DNA of 64,000 nucleotides. Origin: a virus. Positions 58,234-64,000 of this stretch are shown here, in pieces. The notes under the pieces were generated by a model that was not told the DNA's origin, searched no databases, and worked only from the letters and a program-made list of their open reading frames with translations. The position numbers and the translations under genes were made by a program. Location of the stretch: positions 17,267-81,266 of IMG/VR virus record IMGVR_UViG_3300047552_000145; one strand, given 5' to 3'. The stretch's first letter is position 1. Each line of letters opens with the position of its first letter.

Positions 58234-58770
58234 ATGGCACTATCTGATTCTCTAAGACCAAATAATCTTAACCCGTTATCACCGAACGGATTTAACTTCA
58301 GCATCACAAAATTACCTGAGGTTTCTTTCTTCTGTCAACGTGTTACTATTCCATCAATCACCTTGGCTTCTATTGATAGAGCGACACCGTTCGTCAATAC
58401 GCCAATCCCAGGTGAGATTATGTCATTCTCAGAATTGACTCTTCAGTTCTTGGTTGATGATAAGATGACAAACTATAAGTCTATCTTCAATTGGATGATT
58501 GCTTTAGGTTATCCAGAAGACAACGCACAATACTCAAATTATATGAACTCTCAACAGGGTACTATATACTCTGAGTTGGCTAGAAACTACTCTGATGCAA
58601 CTGTATCAGTTTTAGATGCCCAAAACAACCCAACCAACTCGTTTAAGTTCTACGATATTTTCCCTGTCTCTTTAGACCCTGTACAGTTTGAAGCAACGGC
58701 GATGGACGTAAACTATGTGATTGGTTCTGCAACTTTTAAATACTCTTACTTTACAATCGACAATACTTAA
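58234..58770 (+). CDS. gp3: Tail tube terminator / completion protein
   Basis: N.LSP.GF.F.I.K.P.V.FFCQ...IP.I, PG....F..L...F.VD....NY, SDAT, F.D.FP.SL, ATFKY. Confidence 0.9.
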   Translation: MALSDSLRPNNLNPLSPNGFNFSITKLPEVSFFCQRVTIPSITLASIDRATPFVNTPIPGEIMSFSELTLQFLVDDKMTNYKSIFNWMIALGYPEDNAQYSNYMNSQQGTIYSELARNYSDATVSVLDAQNNPTNSFKFYDIFPVSLDPVQFEATAMDVNYVIGSATFKYSYFTIDNT

Positions 58771-58794
58771 TTTCGCCGAAGGCGTGGAGATATT

Positions 58795-59232
58795 ATGACA
58801 CTTGATGAGATACAAAATGAATGGGAAAAAGACTCCGAGATTGATGATAACTATCTTGGTGAAACAACAATAGCTACTCCCAAGCTACACTCAAAATACT
58901 TGAAGTTATTGATTGGTGTAAAACTCAAATACACTAAACTTCAAGCAGACTACAACCAACTCCGCAAAAACAAATTCCGCTACTATCGAGGTGAACTCGG
59001 TAGAGAAGAATTGCAGCAGCTTGGTTGGAATCAATGGCAAGGTGTTAAACCTTTAAAGAACGAAATGGATGAGTTCTTACAAGGCGATACAGAACTATGT
59101 ACGCTGAAGGTTCGCGCAGAATACCTTGAAACAATGATTTATCTTTTAGAATCTATCTTAGGACAGCTTAAAGCCAGAGACTGGCAAATTAAATCCGCCA
59201 TTGAGTGGAAGAGATTCTTAGCTGGAATGTAA
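58795..59232 (+). CDS. uvsY: Recombination mediator protein
   Basis: W.KDS.ID, P.LHSKYL, K..YY.G, R.WQIK.AIEW..F.AG. Confidence 0.92.
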   Translation: MTLDEIQNEWEKDSEIDDNYLGETTIATPKLHSKYLKLLIGVKLKYTKLQADYNQLRKNKFRYYRGELGREELQQLGWNQWQGVKPLKNEMDEFLQGDTELCTLKVRAEYLETMIYLLESILGQLKARDWQIKSAIEWKRFLAGM

Positions 59233-60725
59233 TGTCTATACTATACGCTGAAAAATTAGACGAAGTCTATATGAGAGTTTTTGGCGATGCTTCTGTTGAA
59301 AAGGAGCTCGCTGATTTCTTCACATACGAATATCCAGGAGCTCGCTTCACTCCGCAATTCAAAGCACGTTTATGGGATGGTAAAGTTCGTTTGTACGATC
59401 ACATCCGCAAGACGTTGTACATTGGATTGTATGAATACCTAGAGAAGTTTTGTGAACGTAATGGTTACGAACTACACACAAAGGGTAGAGTGTTTGGTGG
59501 CAGTGAAGATATCAGTATGGAAGTTGTCAAAGAGTTTACTGACTGGTTGAACTTAAGAGGTCGTGGTAACCCCATTGAAATTCGCGACTATCAACTTGAA
59601 GCTGTATACACTGCGTTAAACAAACAACGAACATTACTTCTATCTCCAACTGCGTCAGGTAAGTCGCTAATCATTTACAGCACAATGCGTTGGCACATTA
59701 ACAACAAACGTAAGATCGTTTTGATTGTACCAACTACTTCTCTAGTTGAGCAAATGTATGCTGACTTTGAAGATTACTCTACCGCAAACGGGTTTGATGT
59801 TAAGAACCACTGTCAAAAATTATACAGCGGTTTCCCTAAAGAGTTTACCAAAGACGTTTTGATTACGACTTGGCAGTCTATCTACCTTCAACCTAAGTCG
59901 TGGTTCAAGCAGTTCGATGTTATCTTTGGTGACGAGGCTCACCAGTTTAAAGCGAAGTCGCTGACGACTATCATGGAAAAACTCGACACCGTTGAGCACC
60001 GTATTGGTACAACTGGTACGCTAGACAATAAGAAAATTCACCAGCTAGTTTTAGAAGGTGTGTTTGGTCCAGTTCACCGTGTAACCACTACCAAGGCTCT
60101 GATGGATTCAGGAAAATTATCTGCGCTAAATATAACGTGTCTGATAATGAAATATAGCGACGAGATTCGTAAAGAACGTAATAAGAACACGTACCAAGAC
60201 GAAATGGACTTTCTTGTTGGCAATGAAAAGCGTAACAAGTTTATCCGCAATCTGGCAGTAAATTCTAAAGGTAACACGCTGGTTCTTTTTCAATACGTTG
60301 AAAAGCACGGCAAAGTTCTCTACGATCTTATCAAAGACAAGGTACATGAAGATCGAAAGGTATTCTTTGTATATGGCGGAACAGATACGAGTGATCGTGA
60401 GTCGATTCGACATATCACCGAGGGAGAAGAAGACGCTATCATTATTGCGTCGTATGGGACTTTCTCTACTGGTATCAATATACCTTCAATTGAGAATGTC
60501 ATCTTTGCGTCACCTTCGAAGTCGAAAATAAGAAACCTGCAAAGTATTGGACGAGGTTTGCGTTTGAAAGATGGTAAGACATCTTGTAACCTCTACGATA
60601 TTGCCGATGACCTTCATTGGAAGACATGGAAGAATCATACGCTGAATCATGCAGCTGAACGCTACAAGACGTATGTTGAAGAAGAATTTAAATTGAAAAT
60701 GGTGGAAGTGAATTTATATGGATAA
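59232..60725 (+). CDS. uvsW: SF2 DNA/RNA helicase
   Basis: WDGK.RL, RDYQ, SPTASGKSL, DEAH, G.TGT, FSTG.NI, QSIGRGLR. Start is coupled TAATG at 59232. Confidence 0.96.
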   Translation: MSILYAEKLDEVYMRVFGDASVEKELADFFTYEYPGARFTPQFKARLWDGKVRLYDHIRKTLYIGLYEYLEKFCERNGYELHTKGRVFGGSEDISMEVVKEFTDWLNLRGRGNPIEIRDYQLEAVYTALNKQRTLLLSPTASGKSLIIYSTMRWHINNKRKIVLIVPTTSLVEQMYADFEDYSTANGFDVKNHCQKLYSGFPKEFTKDVLITTWQSIYLQPKSWFKQFDVIFGDEAHQFKAKSLTTIMEKLDTVEHRIGTTGTLDNKKIHQLVLEGVFGPVHRVTTTKALMDSGKLSALNITCLIMKYSDEIRKERNKNTYQDEMDFLVGNEKRNKFIRNLAVNSKGNTLVLFQYVEKHGKVLYDLIKDKVHEDRKVFFVYGGTDTSDRESIRHITEGEEDAIIIASYGTFSTGINIPSIENVIFASPSKSKIRNLQSIGRGLRLKDGKTSCNLYDIADDLHWKTWKNHTLNHAAERYKTYVEEEFKLKMVEVNLYG

Positions 60726-61188
60726 GAATTACGTTGTTGTAAAACTAATTTCTGGTGAAACGGTTATGGCAACCTTTGAGGGTGAAGACGACATGCATGT
60801 CAAGATAGATCACCCGATCCAAATTAGAACTCAAATTATCCCAGAGCTGGGAAGAGAATCAATATCGGCATCTCCACTATGCCAATTTTCTGATGCGACA
60901 ACTTTTGTCTTTGAAAAGAGTCACATCGTTTACATTAAGAAGTTGCATAAGCAATTCATCCCTCATTACAACAACTTCCTGAAGTCATACGAGGAAGCCC
61001 TCATCCCAACCACTCGATCCGAGATACAAGAGAAGTTAAGCGAATACTTCGATGATGCAGATCACCTCACTTTAGAAGAGATCAACCAAAGAATCGAAAT
61101 GCTTGAAGCTATCGCAGGAGGAGACGTCTCAGAAGAAGAACTAGACGTCATGCTTTCCGTTATGGAAGGTAATGATACTATACACTAG
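60718..61188 (+). CDS. Conserved hypothetical protein (Sm-like N-domain)
   Basis: VVKL.SGE.V.A N-terminal motif. Lies between uvsW and gene 55. Confidence 0.7.
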   Translation: MDKNYVVVKLISGETVMATFEGEDDMHVKIDHPIQIRTQIIPELGRESISASPLCQFSDATTFVFEKSHIVYIKKLHKQFIPHYNNFLKSYEEALIPTTRSEIQEKLSEYFDDADHLTLEEINQRIEMLEAIAGGDVSEEELDVMLSVMEGNDTIH

Positions 61189-61217
61189 AGATCACTCATA
61201 TCAAACCCGACATGGGT

Positions 61218-61246
61218 ATTATCCTACGATGGCAAGTAAAAGGCAA
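61218..61246 (-). promoter_or_regulatory. Sigma70-type promoter on the minus strand (antisense to the late/uvsW region)
   Basis: Minus strand reads TTGCCT-N17-GATAAT (-35 at 61241-61246, -10 at 61218-61223). Confidence 0.55.
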
Positions 61247-61292
61247 GTATTTTTGACTATTGGAATCTTGTAACGTTTCAAGAAATAAAAAC

Positions 61293-61321
61293 TTGCTTTA
61301 CACAAATGTTTCAGCTATAAT
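61293..61321 (+). promoter_or_regulatory. Sigma70-type early promoter for genes 55-47-46
   Basis: TTGCTT-N17-TATAAT with an A-rich UP-like element (AGAAATAAAAA) upstream. Confidence 0.8.
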
Positions 61322-61359
61322 ATGAACATGCCTCTATTTTAAAAGAGGAAATATATTTA

Positions 61360-61920
61360 ATGGCACATTATGTAAACAACGCAGACTTTCTCGCTGCCCT
61401 TATTGCCCATAAGGAAAACGTAGAAAAAGCAAAAGAAGCTGGCTTACCAAAACCAATAATTCCCAACTACGTTGGCGACTGTATTCTCAAAATTGCTAAT
61501 CACTTAGCATATAAACCCAACTTCATCAATTATTCTTATCGAGACGACATGGTACTTGATGGGATTGAAAACTGCATCCAATACTTGGACAACTTCAACC
61601 CTGACAAATCAAGCAACCCATTCGCATACTTCACCCAAATTATCTACTATGCCTTCCTTCGTAGGATTACGAAAGAGAAGAAGCAATCATACATTAAAGG
61701 TATGTTAATTCAGAACATGCCCTTTGAAGCCTTCGAGTTACAAGAAGGTGATGATGGTGAATACCATAACCAATACTTAGAGTTCATGCAACAGCATGGA
61801 ACGTTTGATGATTCTTTTATTCAACGTAAAGAAAGTAAGAAGAAGAAATCTAAGACAAATACTTTGGATGAATTCATTGAAGACACTAACAACTATGGTG
61901 AGGAAGGTACGGAAGAATGA
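61360..61920 (+). CDS. gp55: Late-transcription sigma factor
   Basis: HYVNN..FL, Y.G.C.LKIA..L...PNF.NY.Y.DDM..DG.ENC..Y..NF.P.KS.NPFAYFTQI.Y.AFLRRI.KEK.Q. Confidence 0.97.
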   Translation: MAHYVNNADFLAALIAHKENVEKAKEAGLPKPIIPNYVGDCILKIANHLAYKPNFINYSYRDDMVLDGIENCIQYLDNFNPDKSSNPFAYFTQIIYYAFLRRITKEKKQSYIKGMLIQNMPFEAFELQEGDDGEYHNQYLEFMQQHGTFDDSFIQRKESKKKKSKTNTLDEFIEDTNNYGEEGTEE

Positions 61921-62972
61921 AGGTAGCAATTATCACAGACCAACACTTTGGCGCTCGCAACGATAGTATCGCATTCCTAGATTACTTTGAGAAGTTTTAT
62001 AATGACGTCTTCTTTCCTACACTTGCTGAGCATAACATTGATACCGTTCTTGTTCTTGGTGACACCTTTGATCGTCGCAAGTATGTTAACTTCTACGCAC
62101 TCCAAAGAGCGAAAGCGATGTTTTTTGATCGTCTTGCTAACGCAGGTATCACTGTTCATATGCTTGCTGGTAACCACGATACTTACTTCAAAAATACCAA
62201 TGACGTAAACTCACCAGACTTGCTATTGCGCGAGTATGATAATATCAACGTGATTGATCACCCTGCTACAATCTACGTTGATGAAACCCCAATCTGTATG
62301 ATGCCTTGGATTTGTCCAGAGAACTATAAAGACTCTATCGACACTATCAATGATACCAAAGCTGAAATCTGTATGGGTCACTTTGAAATCGCAGGCTTTG
62401 CAATGTATAGAGGTATGGAATCTCATGATGGACTTTCTAAAGAAACATTCGATAAGTTTGATATGGTTTTTAGCGGGCATTATCATCACAAGTCTGATGA
62501 TGGGCATATCTACTACGTCGGAAACCCCTATGAACTTACTTGGCAAGACTACAACGATCCCCGAGGGTTTCACTTGTTTGATCTTGGAAGTAGAAAGCTC
62601 ACCTTCATCCGAAATCCTTATAGTATGTTTGCCCGAGTCGAATATAACGATAAAGAGCAAGACCCTGTCGATCTAGATACATTAGACTTACAAGGTAAGT
62701 ATGTTAAACTTGTAGTTGTCAACAAAACTGACTATTATAAATTTGACAAATTCGTTCAGAAGTTATATAATAAAGGCTGCCATGATATCAAAGTTGTGGA
62801 AGATATGTCTGAATTCCAAGAGGGTGAAATTGATGAGTCAATCAACCTTGAGGATACCTTATCAGTTCTTGGTCACTACGTTGACTCTATTGAAACTGAT
62901 TTAGATAAAGAAAAGATTAAAACATATATGCGTGCTTTATATACTGAAGCCGTCAACGTTGAGGTTGTTTGA
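61917..62972 (+). CDS. gp47: Recombination endonuclease subunit (Mre11/SbcD-like)
   Basis: ITDQHFG, LGD.FDRRK, GNHD, GHFE, FSGHYH, G.PY...W.D. Confidence 0.96.
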   Translation: MKVAIITDQHFGARNDSIAFLDYFEKFYNDVFFPTLAEHNIDTVLVLGDTFDRRKYVNFYALQRAKAMFFDRLANAGITVHMLAGNHDTYFKNTNDVNSPDLLLREYDNINVIDHPATIYVDETPICMMPWICPENYKDSIDTINDTKAEICMGHFEIAGFAMYRGMESHDGLSKETFDKFDMVFSGHYHHKSDDGHIYYVGNPYELTWQDYNDPRGFHLFDLGSRKLTFIRNPYSMFARVEYNDKEQDPVDLDTLDLQGKYVKLVVVNKTDYYKFDKFVQKLYNKGCHDIKVVEDMSEFQEGEIDESINLEDTLSVLGHYVDSIETDLDKEKIKTYMRALYTEAVNVEVV

Positions 62973-64000
62973 TGATTGTATTTGAATCCATTGAATGGAA
63001 AAACTTTTTATCAACTGGTAATTCTGCCAACAAAGTTCTGCTAAACAAATCCACCACTACTCTTATCATTGGTAAGAACGGTGAAGGTAAGTCTACTATC
63101 TTAGACGCATTGTGCTTTGCTTTGTTTGGCAAACCCTTTAGAAATATTAACAAGGGTCAGCTAATTAACTCGATCAACGGTAAGAACTGCTTGGTTGAGA
63201 TTCTATTCAGTGTACATGGTAAGTCATATAAAGTTATCCGTGGTATCAAACCTAACAAGTTTGAAATCTGGTGCGATGACGAACTCATCAACCAAGACGC
63301 TGCTGCTAAAGATTATCAAAAGGTTCTTGAGCAGCAAATTTTAAAGCTGAACTACAAAACCTTCACACAGGTTGTTATCTTAGGCTCAGCTTCTTTTGTT
63401 CCATTCATGCAGTTGTCTTCAGCACAACGTAGAGAAGTTATTGAGGACATTCTTGATATTCGTATCTTCTCTACCATGAATCAGTTATTGAAGGAGAAGG
63501 CTAGTGATACGAAGGCAGAAATTGCTAGGATCGAAACCGAGATTGCGAATGCAAAGACTAAAGTCGAAGCACAAAATGCAATTATTAAAACTATCTCGGA
63601 TGCGAGGGCAGATAATATTAGATCCATCCAAGAGAAAATCGCAAGCAGCGCTAAAGAAGTTGAGCGAAATCAACTCGAGGTTGATGAGCTTATCGGACAA
63701 ATTGGAAATCTTAAGAATCAGATTGAGGACAAGAAGAAAGTACAAGAAGATATCGAAAAGGCAAAGTCAATCAGAAGTAAGCTGCACAACAAGATTGAAA
63801 CAGCAGAACACCATAAAGAATTTTTTACTTCACATGATGTATGCCCCTCTTGTGCTCAGGGTATCCCCCATGAACACAAAGAGTCAATCCTCAGCGATCT
63901 CAACGCAAAGGTTGATGATCAAAATTCTAAAGTTGCTGAACTCGAAACCGTTCTTGGGTCTCTCAATGAAAGACTATCTAACATTAACGAAGTGTTGGAC
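62972..64000 (+). CDS. gp46: Recombination endonuclease ATPase subunit (Rad50/SbcC-like), 3'-truncated by the window edge
   Basis: ATG at 62972 overlaps the gp47 stop. Reads MIVFESIEWKNFLSTGN...GKNGEGKSTILDAL.F.LFGKPFR.INK.QL.NS.N, then coiled coil and a CPSC zinc hook near 63845. Confidence 0.95.
   Translation, partial: MIVFESIEWKNFLSTGNSANKVLLNKSTTTLIIGKNGEGKSTILDALCFALFGKPFRNINKGQLINSINGKNCLVEILFSVHGKSYKVIRGIKPNKFEIWCDDELINQDAAAKDYQKVLEQQILKLNYKTFTQVVILGSASFVPFMQLSSAQRREVIEDILDIRIFSTMNQLLKEKASDTKAEIARIETEIANAKTKVEAQNAIIKTISDARADNIRSIQEKIASSAKEVERNQLEVDELIGQIGNLKNQIEDKKKVQEDIEKAKSIRSKLHNKIETAEHHKEFFTSHDVCPSCAQGIPHEHKESILSDLNAKVDDQNSKVAELETVLGSLNERLSNINEVLD

Noticed and set aside
61291-61321. 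MotA-box (T4 middle) promoter reading of TTGCTTTA
   Set aside because: Spacing to TATAAT is 15 nt, against about 11-13 for MotA promoters. TTGCTT-N17-TATAAT fits an ordinary sigma70 promoter.
1-64000. Stop-codon reassignment or tRNA/rRNA genes
   Set aside because: Core genes translate to full length in the standard code and are tightly packed. No intergenic gap shows a cloverleaf or rRNA-like sequence.

Overview
This window is part of a T4-like myophage genome of the environmental (non-coliphage) type. It contains no host genes. In order it carries: the end of gp59 and gp32; an inverted hub/head-completion block (gp29-like, 51, 26, a displaced gp16, 54, 2, 4); the baseplate block (48, 53, hub, 5, PAAR, 25, 6, 7, 8, a 2444-aa VrlC-like protein); about 11 kb of modular tail-fibre, adhesin and partner genes; a coupled U32-family Fe-S protein plus flavin-dependent halogenase pair; neck, terminase, tail and head genes (13, 14, 15, 17-23, 3); uvsY and uvsW; and the start of the replication region (55, 47, 46). 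The most notable items are: (i) the U32 + halogenase cassette, which sits behind a late-promoter motif at the end of the fibre cluster; (ii) repeated N-terminal motifs that suggest a branched, plug-and-socket receptor-binding complex; (iii) a gp5 spike carrying both GH19 and M15 peptidoglycan hydrolase domains; (iv) the small terminase gene about 42 kb from the large one, on the opposite strand; (v) one beta-repeat expanded in the sheath and baseplate proteins; (vi) apparently leaderless late mRNAs; and (vii) back-to-back sigma70 promoters before gene 55, one firing antisense. All calls come from motif recognition and synteny by eye. No database searches were run.
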